Shown here in pieces: positions 21,599-32,504 of a stretch of 64,000 nucleotides of DNA. The notes under the pieces are model-generated. The model saw only the letters and a program-made list of their open reading frames with translations, had not been told where the DNA came from and did not search any database. The stretch lies in NCBI GenBank assembly GCA_963734545.1, contig CAVTHO010000006.1, forward strand, positions 128,001 through 192,000, given 5' to 3'. Source of the stretch: an uncultured Spirochaetota bacterium (GTDB taxonomy: Bacteria > Spirochaetota > Spirochaetia > SZUA-6 > Fen-1364). Every line of letters begins with the position of its first letter. Position 1 is the stretch's first letter. The position numbers were made by a program, and so were the translations under genes.

Positions 21599-22453
21599 CA
21601 CCCGCGCCCGCTGTTGCGCTGCCCACGCTCGACCCAGGAGACATTCGACAAGTTCCGCGCGTTGATCTACGAAAAAACCGGCATCCACATGCGGGAAGGC
21701 AAGCAGATCCTGGTTTCCAACCGGCTGCGCAAGCGCGTCTCCCTGCTGCACCTCGCCAGCTACGAGGAGTACTACGCGCTGCTCACCTCGGGAAAGCAGG
21801 CCGAGAAAGAGATGCCGCATTTCATCGACGCGGTGAGCACCAACGAGACCTATTTCTTCCGCGAGGAAAAACATTTCACGGCGCTTTCCCGCATCATTCT
21901 CCCGGAGCTTTTCCGGACGGAAAAGCGGGTGCGGATCTGGAGCGCCGGCTGCTCCACGGGAGAAGAGGTCTACACGCTCCGCATCGTGGCGGATGAAGCC
22001 GCGGAGGCGGCGGGCGCCGCCGACGTACAGATCGTGGGGACGGACATCAGCACGACGGTGATCGCCCGCGCGCGGGAAGGGATCTATCACGAACGGGCCC
22101 TCCGCCTCGTTCCCGCCGCGCTGCTCGCGCGGTGTTTCGTTCCCGCGGGTGAGGGCGCCTACCAGGTGCGCCCCGAGATCCGCGCCCGGGTCGATTTCAC
22201 GGTGCACAATCTCTTCCAGGATCCCCCGCCGGCGGACCGCATCAATGTCATCTTCTGCCGCAACGTCATGATCTATTTCGACAAGCAGACGCAGGCGACC
22301 CTGGTGGACGGTGTTTTTGCCCGGGCGATCCATCCCGACGGGTACCTCTTCATCGGGCATTCGGAGTCGATCAGCGGGTTCAGCAAGCGCTTCCGCTATG
22401 CCGCCATCCTCAAGGCGCCGATCTATCGTCCCAAGGGGGAGGGAACGCCGTGA
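21595..22453 (+). CDS. cheR: CheR methyltransferase (indel near start)
   Basis: STNETYFFRE, IWSAGCSTGEEVY, GTDIS, IFCRNVMIYFD, FIGHSES. Confidence 0.94.
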
Positions 22454-23535
22454 TCCGGGTCATGGTAGTCGACGATTCCCCCCTCGTGCGGAGGATCGCC
22501 ACCGATATCCTCAGCGCGGACCGCGAAATATCCGTTGCTGCCACCGCCGCGAACGCGGAGTTCGCCCTGCTGAAGCTCGAAAAGGAGCGCCCGGACGTCA
22601 TCACGCTGGACATCGAGATGCCCGGCATGGGCGGTCTGGAGGCGATCCGGCGGATCATGGCTGTCCGGCCCACGCCCATTATCGTCCTGAGCGCTCACGC
22701 GCAGAGGGGCGCCGAGCTCACCCTGCAGGCCCTGGACCTCGGGGCCGTGGATTTCGTCGAAAAGCCGTCGAGCTCACTGTCCGGCGGAATCGCGGCGATA
22801 TCCATCGAGCTCGTCGAGAAGGTGAAGAGCGCCGCGCGGATAGTCTTCCACGAGCCGCCGCCCGCCCCCCGCGCGCCCCTGCCCGAAGCCCCGGCCGGCC
22901 CGCCGCCCGCCGCTCTTTCCGCGGACGGCGATGGCGGCGGATTCGATCTGGTGGCCATCGGCACGTCCACCGGGGGCCCCGTGGCGTTGAAGACCGTGCT
23001 CACGATGCTGCCCCGCGAGCTGCCGGTCGGCGTCGTGGTCGTGCAGCACATGCCGCCGGTGTTCACCAAGGCGTTCGCGGACCGGCTGAACGCCTGCTGC
23101 CGGGTCTCGGTCAAGGAAGCGGAGAACGGCGACCTGATCGCGCCCGGCCAGGTGCTCCTGGCACCGGGGAACTGGCACATGACGGTGTCCCGGTTCGGCG
23201 GTGAAGCGCGCGTGCTTCTCAACCAGGGCGAGAGCGTGAACGGCCACCGACCCTCGGTGGACGTGCTCATGCACTCGGTGGCCCTCGAGTTCGGCAGCCG
23301 GGCCCTCGGAGTGATCATGACCGGCATGGGGAAGGACGGGGCGGACGGGCTGCGCGCGCTGAATCGGAGAGGCGGGCACGTGATCGCCCAGGACAAGGAG
23401 AGCTCGGTCATCTATGGAATGAACAAGGAGGTCGTCCAGAACGGGGACGCGCACGAGGTGGTGCCCGTGAACGACATCGCGGCGAGGATCCAGGAAAGGC
23501 TGCGCGGCAGATCGCCGGCAAGGAAGGCAACATGA
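22450..23535 (+). CDS. cheB: CheB methylesterase with REC domain
   Basis: TLDIEMP, GTSTGGP, VQHMP, HRPSVD, MTGMGKDGA. Confidence 0.96.
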   Translation: MIRVMVVDDSPLVRRIATDILSADREISVAATAANAEFALLKLEKERPDVITLDIEMPGMGGLEAIRRIMAVRPTPIIVLSAHAQRGAELTLQALDLGAVDFVEKPSSSLSGGIAAISIELVEKVKSAARIVFHEPPPAPRAPLPEAPAGPPPAALSADGDGGGFDLVAIGTSTGGPVALKTVLTMLPRELPVGVVVVQHMPPVFTKAFADRLNACCRVSVKEAENGDLIAPGQVLLAPGNWHMTVSRFGGEARVLLNQGESVNGHRPSVDVLMHSVALEFGSRALGVIMTGMGKDGADGLRALNRRGGHVIAQDKESSVIYGMNKEVVQNGDAHEVVPVNDIAARIQERLRGRSPARKAT

Positions 23536-23822
23536 ACTTGAAGGATCGATACGGCCTGGAGACGCTGGGCAACAGGACGCAGGAGCTGGTGTTCGAGGCC
23601 ATCGAACGCATGATCGAGGAGGGCGCCGACATGTGCACCTGCGAGGAATGCGTCACGGACCTCGCCGCATGGACGCTCAACCATGCGACCCCCCGCTACT
23701 ATACCTCGCTGCTGGCGCCGCTGAGCCCCGACCCGGTCCGGGAAAACAAGATGCGCGTGGAAATCGAGCTGGCGCTCGCTGCCGGGCTGAAGAAGCTCGC
23801 CCAGCATCGCCATCACGGGTGA
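23532..23822 (+). CDS. ComFB family protein
   Basis: LGNRTQELV..MCTCEECVTDLAAWTLNHATPRY..HRHH pattern typical of ComFB. Confidence 0.85.
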   Translation: MNLKDRYGLETLGNRTQELVFEAIERMIEEGADMCTCEECVTDLAAWTLNHATPRYYTSLLAPLSPDPVRENKMRVEIELALAAGLKKLAQHRHHG

Positions 23823-23834
23823 GACGAGGGGGCA

Positions 23835-24953
23835 TTGACGACTATGCTGGCAAAGGGCAGGAGGGGGCCCGTGGAGGAAGGAACCGGTCTCGAGATCCCG
23901 GCTCCCACGCAGCCTCCCGCCATACTCGTGGTGGAGGACCAGGGGGAAATCCAGTCCCTGGTGACCGCCATGCTGAAGATACGAGGTTTCGAGTGTGACC
24001 TGGCGGCGAGCCTCGCGGAGGCGCGCACGCTCATGGGCCGCCGCCGCTACGATATCCTCTTCCTCGACATGAACCTTCCCGACGGCTTCGGGCTCTCCCT
24101 GATCGAGGAGGAGAGGACGGACGCCCCGCTGGCGATCGTCATGACCGGCAGGAGCGACATCCAGACAGCCATCCGCGCCATTCGCGACGGCGCCATCGAC
24201 TTCATCACGAAGCCGTTTTCCGTCGGCCACTTCCTGCAGCGTCTCGACAAGGCGATGGACGAGTGGAAGACGCGCAGGAGCGTCCAGTACTACGCGCGTG
24301 CGCTGGAGACCCTCGTGCAGCTCAAGACGGACGAGCTCACCCGCACGTCCCGGCAGATCGACGAGGTGCGTGACATGACGGTGCTGGCGCTCGGCGCCGC
24401 GCTCAATCTCAAGGACCACGAAACGGCCGATCATTGCTCGCGCGTTTCGCGGAACAGCGTCGCCCTGGGATCGCTGATGAGCCTTTCCGAGCTCGAGCTG
24501 AAAAACCTGAAATGGAGCGCCTATCTCCACGATGTCGGCAAGATCGGCATTCCGGAGCACATATTGCTGAAGGCCGGGGACCTGGAGGCTGATGAGCGGC
24601 GCATCGTGGAGAAGCACCCCCTCATGGGCTACAACATGGTGCGCAACATCCAGTTTCTCGCCTACGCGACGGATGTGGTGCTCGGCCATCACGAGAGGTA
24701 CGACGGCAGCGGCTATCCCCAGGGGCTGAGCGCTTCCCGCATCCCCCTGCACGCGCGCATATTCGCCGTGGTGGATACGCTGGACGCGATGACGTCCGAT
24801 CGGCCTTACCGGGCGGCGCTTCAGTTCTCCACGGTGCAGACCGAGCTGACGCGCTGCGCGGGAAAGCAGTTTGATCCCGAGATCGTGCAGATATTTCTTG
24901 CCGCCCCCGTGACGACGTGGCTCGTCCAGGGACCGGTTGCAGCACAAACCTGA
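23835..24953 (+). CDS. REC-HD-GYP cyclic di-GMP phosphodiesterase
   Basis: REC (VVEDQ, FLDMNLP, ITKP); ETADHCSRV, LHDVGKIG, HHERYDGSGYP, DRPYR. Confidence 0.93.
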   Translation: MTTMLAKGRRGPVEEGTGLEIPAPTQPPAILVVEDQGEIQSLVTAMLKIRGFECDLAASLAEARTLMGRRRYDILFLDMNLPDGFGLSLIEEERTDAPLAIVMTGRSDIQTAIRAIRDGAIDFITKPFSVGHFLQRLDKAMDEWKTRRSVQYYARALETLVQLKTDELTRTSRQIDEVRDMTVLALGAALNLKDHETADHCSRVSRNSVALGSLMSLSELELKNLKWSAYLHDVGKIGIPEHILLKAGDLEADERRIVEKHPLMGYNMVRNIQFLAYATDVVLGHHERYDGSGYPQGLSASRIPLHARIFAVVDTLDAMTSDRPYRAALQFSTVQTELTRCAGKQFDPEIVQIFLAAPVTTWLVQGPVAAQT

Positions 24954-24971
24954 CCTGTAAGGAGAGTCATT

Positions 24972-25481
24972 ATGGATTCGATGAAAGATCGGAAGGGCAC
25001 GGGTGATCTGAAGCAGTTCATCAGCTTCTCGATCGGGGAAGAGGAGTACGGACTGGAGCTCCTCCGCGTGAAGGAGGTCATCCGCATCCGCGAGATCACC
25101 TGGCTCCCGAAGGCGCCTTCGTTCGTCAAGGGCATCATCAACCTCCGGGGTGACGTGATCCCCATCATCGACCTGCGGGACAAGTTCGGTCTCGAGGCCA
25201 AGGAGGCCACGGCGATGACGCGCGTCATCGTGGTGGAGGTGGAGGGCAGGATGATCGGCATGGTGGTGGATTCCGCCAGCCAGGTGGTGCGCATTCCGGC
25301 GGACCAGATCGATCCCCCGCCGCCCATGCTGGGAGGGTTTTCCCAGGAGTTCATCACCGGGGTGGGCAAGCTCGACGACAAGCTCATCATCCTCCTGAAC
25401 ACGGACGCGATCCTGACGATGGAAGAGATGAACGCCCTCAACACGATAGACAAGACGACGGCGGACGCGCCGTCCGCCTAG
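24972..25481 (+). CDS. cheW: CheW coupling protein
   Basis: EEYGLELLRVKEVI, GIINLRGDVIPIIDLR, GMVVD. Confidence 0.95.
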   Translation: MDSMKDRKGTGDLKQFISFSIGEEEYGLELLRVKEVIRIREITWLPKAPSFVKGIINLRGDVIPIIDLRDKFGLEAKEATAMTRVIVVEVEGRMIGMVVDSASQVVRIPADQIDPPPPMLGGFSQEFITGVGKLDDKLIILLNTDAILTMEEMNALNTIDKTTADAPSA

Positions 25482-25514
25482 CGAGGCCGCAGGAAAGGGC
25501 CTGACGGCACCCGC

Positions 25515-28500
25515 ATGGCGCACGCATCCACCGAGACGCCCCGCTCCTCGCCTGCTCCCGAGACGGGAGCGCCGCGTCTGGAGATCGAGCCCCTGCTCAC
25601 GACCCACCGGATACTTCGAAGCATTCGACGGGAAGAAGAAGGGGCTGGAGTGGCTGCACGGCGACCTCTTCGATTCCCGGTCTGCCCGGTGGCCCTCTCC
25701 GCCCTGGAGGCGGTGGGCGCAATCGGGGACGCCCGAAGCTTCCCCCACCTTGCGCGGCTCCTCGGCAGCGCACCGGAAGCGGTGCAGTGCGGCGCCGCGC
25801 GCGCCATCGGGATGCTCTGCTCTCCCGGCGGGCCTCGCGCTTCTCATCAGGCTTCTCAAAACCACGCGCAGCGAAAAGCTGCGCCGCGAGATCCTGGGGG
25901 CGCTGGCAACCGCCGCGCCGCAGGACAAGGACGTGGCGGAGCATTCTCCGTCAGGTGGCCCGCGCGCCCATGGCGAGCGCCCCCGCGCGCGCGCATGCGG
26001 CGGGGCTTCTCCTGAAGATCGGTGGAGAGAGCGCGCTCGAAGAGCTGCTCCCCGGCTCGCAGGCGGAGACACTCTGCCCAGATTCTCCGCTCGGCCGCGG
26101 AATACTGCCGCGGTACGTGGCGCCTGATTCCGCGCACCGTCGCCTACTGCGCGCCGCTGTTCGCCAACCTGCCCGTCGCGGACAGGGCGCTGCTCGCCGG
26201 TCTGGCCGCCCGCCAGGCCCTTCCCGAGTCGGCGGCGGTGATTACACGCGCCCTCGCCGATCCGCACGTGGAGGTGAGACGCGCCGCCTATGCGTGCATC
26301 GGCACGGAGCCCCATCATGCGGCGCTGATCCCGGACATCGTGGACCACCTGGCAGGGTCCGTGGAGGAAACGCCCAGCATCGAAGACGAGGTGCAACAGG
26401 CACTGGCGCGCCTGGCGAAGATCGGGGCCGGCGCCATCGTATCCGGTGGATTGGGCGCCACCGTACCCGGTGGGTTCGCGCCGGAAGTGATTCCGCACGC
26501 GGTGCGCGCAAAGGTCATCGCCCGGATCGGCGATCTCTACAGACAGCTCAGCGCCGAAGGCCGGCACGTCTCCAGCGACACCCACGAGCTGGGGTGGTTG
26601 ATCATGCGGTCCAAGGAATACCTGGAGTACTACGGAAACGAGGATTTCAAGGCGGCTCTTCTTCGCTGGTTCAAAGGCGCCAGCCAGGACACCACGGACA
26701 CCATGCTCCGCATGCTCAAGGCCACCTCTTCCCGGGTTGAAGTGCGGCACTTCGATGGATACTCCGCGCTCAGCGACCTGATCAAGAACCCGCGCCGGAC
26801 CGGCATTGCGCTCGTGGGAAGGGAGCTGGTGCTCGTCAAAATGGGCAAGAGCCGCATCTTCTGGCATCTCATCCGTGTTCTGCGATTGTCCGCTCTCTTC
26901 CTCACCCCGGTCGCGCGCGGACCGGAGGCGGCCCTGATCCGCACGATCTACGCCTGGTCGAAACAGGAGAAGCTGTTTCGTCTCGCGGAGGCTGCCCTGA
27001 TGGCCCTGGCCAGGGTCGACGCCGCGCACGCCGTCTCGGCCTGCAAGGAGTGCCTTGCCCTGCCCCTGGCGAGCAAGGTGCTGGCGATCGCCTCGCTGCA
27101 TGTCCTTCGTGATCTCAGCCCGGAGCAGCTCGAGCCCTCCGCCATTCAGCTCCTTGCCAATCTGGACGACCCCTACGTCACCCTGAACGCCATCGAGGCG
27201 ATCTCCGTCGGGCCTCCCTCTTCCAGCGGCGAGCTTGCGAACGCGCTTCTCACCCGGCTCTCCCGCGCCACCAGCACCGAGGTGCGCGACTCGGTGGCCC
27301 GGTATCTCGGGGAAAAGATGACACTCGACATCATGGAGAGCCTCAAGGAGCCGGCTCTCAATGGGGACGACTCCCTGAGGGCCTCCGCGCTGGCAGTCAT
27401 GCACCGCAGGATCGTCGGGGGGCTCGTGACCAATCGCGACGGCACGGTCGAGTTCCTCTACCGGGTGCTGCGCGGGGACCACGAGCCCAGCCGGAGATCG
27501 GCGGCGCTCATGCTGTGGAAGCTGGGTGACGACTATGCCTCCGAGGTGCTGCGTGACTTCCTCTCGTCGGGGTCCGAGGACGCGACGATCGAGATCCTTC
27601 GCGGGCTGGAGGGCGCGGTTCGCGAGCCGCTTCCGGCGTCGCTCGCGCCCCTGCTCTCCCGCGGCAGCGCCCCTCTCCAGGCGGCGCTGCGCGACCTGCT
27701 TCTCCACACCGAGGACGAGGCGATGCGCGAAAAGGCACTCGCCCTCGCCCTGCAGGTGAGAGGCGGCTCCCCGGACGAGGCGGGGGACCTTCCCCTCGGA
27801 GACCTGACCGCACCCGCGGTCGAGCTGCGCACCGAGCGCTCGTCGTTCCAATTCGAGCGGGAGAACATCCAGGAGCTGGTCATGTTCTTTTCCGACATCC
27901 AGGGATACTCGAAGAAGGCCGAGGTGCTCACGCACATGCAGCTCTCGACCCTGATACAGGACTACGAGAAGATCCTTCTGGCGCACGTGGAGGCGCACCG
28001 GGGAGAGCTGGTGAAGCGCATGGGGGACGGCCACATGATGGTTTTCCAGCGCCCGCTGGACGCCGTGCTCGCCGCCATCCGCCTGCAGAAGTCCCTGCTC
28101 CGCTTCAACCGCTACCGCGACGAGAGCTCGCGGGTGGTGATCCGCATCGGCATACATTCGGGGAAGGTGGTGCGCAAGGCGCAGGGGGACGTGCTGGGCA
28201 ACGCGGTCAATATCGCGGCGCGGCTCGAGTCCTCCGCCCGGCCGGGCTCGGTCCTCATCTCCGACCAGGTGCAGGAAAGCGTGAAGGACGCGGTGCATTC
28301 GCGGGAGATCGGTCACATCACCGTCAAGAACATCAGCGAGCCCATCCGCGTATTCGAGCCCTACGAGATCGCCCTTGACCTGTCCCCGGAGCTCGACCCG
28401 CTCAAGAAGACGCGGCCCTCCGCCGTGCCTGCCCCTGCCGGTGCGGCGCCGGCCGCTCCTTCGGCCGCCGCGCGCGAGGGTCCCGCTGCCGCGGCCGTGA

Positions 28501-28682
28501 CCCTGGACCGGGAGACGTACAGGGAGATCATCGCGTGTTTTTCCGCGCTCGCCGATGTGTGCCGCAAGGCCGACAGCGGGCAGATCGCCGTGTCCGCGCT
28601 CAGCGGGCAGGTGCTCGCGCGCTGGGGCCGGATCAAGGCCCGGCTTCCGGGCGTTGCGCGGAGCGCGGAGCCACAGCCATGA
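25515..28682 (+). CDS. HEAT-repeat protein with C-terminal class III adenylate cyclase (~1050 aa; frameshifts at 25.6-26.1 kb)
   Basis: HEAT-like helices across ORFs 25515/25750/25787/26022; FSDIQGYS, VKRMGDG, RIGIHSG, GDVLGNAVNIAARLES. Confidence 0.85.
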
Positions 28683-29915
28683 CGCAGGAGCTCAACCTGA
28701 ACGCCGGCGAAGGGCAGGGCCGCGACCCGCTGCAGGAGCAGGCGCACGTCATGGAGGCCGTCAGGCGGCTCGCCGCCGGCGTGGCGCACGACCTCAACAA
28801 TCTTCTGCTGGTGGTGCAGGGGTATACCGAGATGGCACTCGGCGAGAAGGACGCCGGTCCGCACACGCGTGCGCACCTGGCGGAGGTGAGGGACGCGTCG
28901 ATCCGGGCCGTCTCGCTTGCCGAGGATCTCCTCACCATGGGCCAGCGCGGGCACGTCATTCCGCGCATGCTCGAGCTCAATGAATCCATCTCCCGGGTTC
29001 TTCCGTCCGTCAGGGCCGAAGCCGCCGACGGCGTAGAGGTCACGCTTTCCCTGGCGCCGGACCTTCCCCCGATTCTCTCAGATGACGGGCAGATGGCCCG
29101 GCTGGTCGCGGCATTCTGCGCACGCGCATGGACGGTCATGCCGGCCGGGGGCAGGCTCACCATTGGCACGCAGGCCGCGGGACCGGACCCCGCGAAGCAG
29201 CGGCGCGTCCTTCTGACCTTTGCCGACACCGGCGTGCCCGTGCCGGCGGAGCTCCGCGCGCAGCTCTTCGAACCCTTCCTGCCTTTGAAGGCGGACAGCA
29301 AGGGACTCGGCCTGGAGCTCTCGGTTGCCTACAGCATTGTGCACCGCCTGGGCGGGACCATCGAAGTGGAGAGCCCCCCGCAGGGCGGCACGATATTCGT
29401 CATTTCCCTCCCTGCCGGCAACGATGTCGCGGAGGAGCTCGGCGCCCCGATGCGGCCTTCAATGGAAATGCTCGACGGCGCTCCGCGCGCGTCGAGTCCC
29501 GCCGGTGGAGCCGGGGCAGATCATCCTTCTGGCCGAGGACGACGAGGGGCTGCGCACGCTGGCCTCGAAGACTCTCGCCCGCGAAGGCTACGAGGTGCTC
29601 GTGGCGCGCGACGGTCAGGAGGCGGTCGAGCTCTTCGAGCAGAACAAGGAGGCCATCCGCCTGGCGCTGATCGACGACGTGATGCCGCGCATGGGCGGGC
29701 GCGCCGCGCTCGCGCGCATGCACCGGATCCTTCCCGGTCTTCCGGCCATCCTCTGCACCGGCTACACGTGGAGCCTCGACGGCAAGGCACGGGAGCACGG
29801 TGACTTCATCGACATCCTCCCCAAGCCCTGGCAGCCGCGCGAGCTGCTGCGCACCGTGCGCGAGGCCCTCGAGCCGAGCCGGTCGGCGCTCCCCGGCCGG
29901 GTGGACGGTACATGA
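28679..29915 (+). CDS. Sensor-less hybrid histidine kinase-like protein (HisKA-HATPase-REC; frameshift near 29490)
   Basis: GVAHDLNNLL, DTGVP, FEPF, GLGLEL, then LLAEDD..DDVMPRMGG..LPKP. Confidence 0.85.
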
Positions 29916-31447
29916 GCAAAGGCGCGAGAATCCTCTATATCGAGGATGACCCGGGGGTTGCGCGCCTGGTGCGGATGAAGCTCGAGGCCGAAGGCTACGG
30001 GGTGGAGGTCTGCTCCACGAGCCGGGAAGGGCTCGCGCTGTTCGACGAGGCCATGCACGACATGGTGGTCGTCGACTATCAGCTTCCGGACGGAAACGGC
30101 CTGCAGGTCCTCGAGGCGCTCGTCGGCCGCGGCACCGGAGTCCCCGTCATCATCGCGACCGGCGCGGGCAGCGAGGAGATTGCGGTGCGTGCCATGAAGC
30201 TGGGCGCCGCCGACTACATCAACAAGGAAAGCTACGACAAGTTCTTCCACATGCTGCCGTCGGTGATCGAAAAGGCGCTCCGCCAGCACGAGCTGGAGCG
30301 CCAGAAACAGCGCGCGGAAGCAGAGCTGCGCGAGAGCGAGGAACGGCTTCGCTCGATCCTGGCCTCGATCGACGACGCGGTGATGGTGACCGACAAGGCG
30401 GGTCTGTTCGTTGCCGCCCGGGGACCGGGCATGCGCGGCGACACCGCCGCGGCGCTGTCAGAGGTCATCGGCGCCACTTTCCGCGACGTGTTCCCGCCGG
30501 GCGTGGCCGAGCATTTCGAGGAGGCATTCGCCGCCGTGCAGGCCACCGACAGGGTGGAGCAGTTCGACTACTGCCTGCCTCCCTCGGGAGACGAGGTCTG
30601 GTTCAATGCGAAGGTGTCGCCGCTCAAGGACGTGCGGGGAGGCTTCGCGGGCGTCACCATCGTGGCGCGGGACATCACGGCGCGCAAGCAGACCGAGGAC
30701 CAGCTCCGCCTGGCCACGCTCGCCGCGGATACGCACAGCCGGGCGAAGACCGACCTCCTGGCGGGGATGTCGCACGAGCTGCGCACGCCGCTCACGGCCA
30801 TCATCGGCTACACGGAAATCCTCCTCTACGAGTACTTCGGCGCGGTGAACGACAGGCAGCGGCAGCAGCTCGATGTCGTGCTGGAGTGCTCCCGGCATCT
30901 TCTGGATCTCATCAACGACATCCTCGACATCTCGAAGATCGAATCCGGGAAGACGGAGCTGGAGCTGGGGAGGGTGCGCATCGTCGAATTGCTCACGCAC
31001 ACACTCGTGCTTCTCAAGGAGAACGCGTCCGGGCAGAAGATCAGAATCGATACCCGGGTCCCGCACGAGCTCGCGTCCCTGGAGCTCACCGCGGACGAGC
31101 GCAGGGTCAAGCAGGTGCTCTTCAACCTGCTCTCGAACGCCCTGAAGTTCACACCCACGGGGGGACGCATCGAGGTGGGGATGAGCACGCAGAACGGCGC
31201 GCTCGCCATCAGCGTCTCCGACACGGGCATCGGGATCCCCCCGGGAGAGCTGGACAGGATATTCGAGGCTTTCTATCAGATAAAGGGCCGGGCCTCTTCC
31301 TCGAAAGCGAGCGGCTCGGGCCTGGGGCTTTCCCTGGCCAGGCAGATCGTGGAGCTGCACGGAGGCAGGATCTGGGCGGAGAGCGAGGGGGAGGGCAAGG
31401 GAAGCACAATCACCTTTACGCTCCCTCTGACGCCGCCCACCGCATAG
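29912..31447 (+). CDS. REC-PAS-histidine kinase
   Basis: YIEDD, VDYQLPD, RDITARK, MSHELRTPL, NLLSNALKFT, DTGIGI, GSGLGL. Confidence 0.94.
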   Translation: MSKGARILYIEDDPGVARLVRMKLEAEGYGVEVCSTSREGLALFDEAMHDMVVVDYQLPDGNGLQVLEALVGRGTGVPVIIATGAGSEEIAVRAMKLGAADYINKESYDKFFHMLPSVIEKALRQHELERQKQRAEAELRESEERLRSILASIDDAVMVTDKAGLFVAARGPGMRGDTAAALSEVIGATFRDVFPPGVAEHFEEAFAAVQATDRVEQFDYCLPPSGDEVWFNAKVSPLKDVRGGFAGVTIVARDITARKQTEDQLRLATLAADTHSRAKTDLLAGMSHELRTPLTAIIGYTEILLYEYFGAVNDRQRQQLDVVLECSRHLLDLINDILDISKIESGKTELELGRVRIVELLTHTLVLLKENASGQKIRIDTRVPHELASLELTADERRVKQVLFNLLSNALKFTPTGGRIEVGMSTQNGALAISVSDTGIGIPPGELDRIFEAFYQIKGRASSSKASGSGLGLSLARQIVELHGGRIWAESEGEGKGSTITFTLPLTPPTA

Positions 31448-31448
31448 G

Positions 31449-31528
31449 GCGCCGCGGTATGCCGCGGATTGGGGCGCCGCGAATGTCACGGGGTACCGTG
31501 ACCGCGGTATGCCGCGGATTGGGGCGCC
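31449..31528 (+). repeat. Two copies of CCGCGG-hairpin repeat separated by a TCACGG/CCGTGA hairpin
   Basis: CCGCGGTATGCCGCGGATTGGGGCGCC at ~31452 and ~31502. Confidence 0.85.
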
Positions 31529-31617
31529 GGCGCCGCAGCCGGCGGAAGAGGCATCACGCCCCTGGAGTTCTTTCAATCTTAACAATCTGCAATTAGTCTT
31601 TACGCCGGGGGCATGGG

Positions 31618-32046
31618 ATGATCGACGTTTTGTGTCTCTGCGTGCACAACTCCGCCCGGAGCCAGATGGCGGAAGCGTATTTCAGCAAGTTCGGACCGGA
31701 TCTTTTCCACGCTGAAAGCGCCGGCCTGGAGCCGGGGATGCTCAACCCTTACGTGATCAGGGCGTTGAGGGAGGAAGGCATCGACATCTCCGGCAAGAAG
31801 ACACAGGACGTCTTCGCGCTCTACAAGGAAGGGCGCACGTACCAGTACGTGATTACTGTCTGCTCAAAAGAAGCCGCGGAAAGATGCCCCGTTTTTCCCG
31901 GGAGATCGCACAAGCTGCACTGGCCTTTCCCTGATCCTTCGACATTCAGGGGGGATGACGAAACGGTGATGGCGCAGGTGCGCGAAGTGCGGGACGCAAT
32001 TCGTGAAAAAGTGCGGGAATTCGTCGCCGAGGTGCGCGGCCGCTAG
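31618..32046 (+). CDS. arsC: Thioredoxin-type arsenate reductase (LMW-PTP fold)
   Basis: [12 protein letters not shown] (CX5R), [20 protein letters not shown]. Confidence 0.9.
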   Translation: MIDVLCLCVHNSARSQMAEAYFSKFGPDLFHAESAGLEPGMLNPYVIRALREEGIDISGKKTQDVFALYKEGRTYQYVITVCSKEAAERCPVFPGRSHKLHWPFPDPSTFRGDDETVMAQVREVRDAIREKVREFVAEVRGR

Positions 32047-32170
32047 CAGTGTGCCGCAGTCCGGGCGAGCGGAGCACCGCAGCCTGGCCAGGGACGGCGA
32101 GCTCGGCCGAGGCAGGGGGCTCTCGGCGCGCAAGCGCGCCTGCCGCCCTACGGAAGCCGAAAGGCCGAGC

Positions 32171-32494
32171 CTAGCAGCAGCCTGCCTTCGAGCCCGTGGC
32201 GGCGCCTTCTGTCTCCGCCCGCCCGCATGAGCAGGTAGGCTCAGTTCCCCGCAGCATCCCCTGGATCACCGCGGCGGCGCATCCCACGCCCGCCTTTACC
32301 TTGATCGCACCTGCCGCGCAGTTTTTCATGCACGCACCGCACTCCATGCAGGAGAGCCGGTCCGCGATCGTCGCCTTGCCCCCCTCCATGTCGAATACCG
32401 CGTGAGGGCATACTTCGATGCATTCCCTGCAGCCGGTGCACAACGCGCGGTCCAGGGAGAGAGTCTCTCCGTTCTTCAGGTATGTCATCCGCAC
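32171..32494 (-). CDS. hgcB: Mercury methylation ferredoxin HgcB
   Basis: CTGCRECIEVCP and CMECGACMKNC, GVGCAAA, C-terminal CSC and CC; directly downstream of hgcA. Confidence 0.95.
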   Translation of the reverse strand: MRMTYLKNGETLSLDRALCTGCRECIEVCPHAVFDMEGGKATIADRLSCMECGACMKNCAAGAIKVKAGVGCAAAVIQGMLRGTEPTCSCGRAETEGAATGSKAGCC

Positions 32495-32504
32495 AGCGCG
32501 CCTC

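Noticed and set aside
23412-28316. 1634-aa minus-strand ORF
   Set aside because: Antisense shadow of well-supported plus-strand genes in high-GC DNA; no recognisable domains
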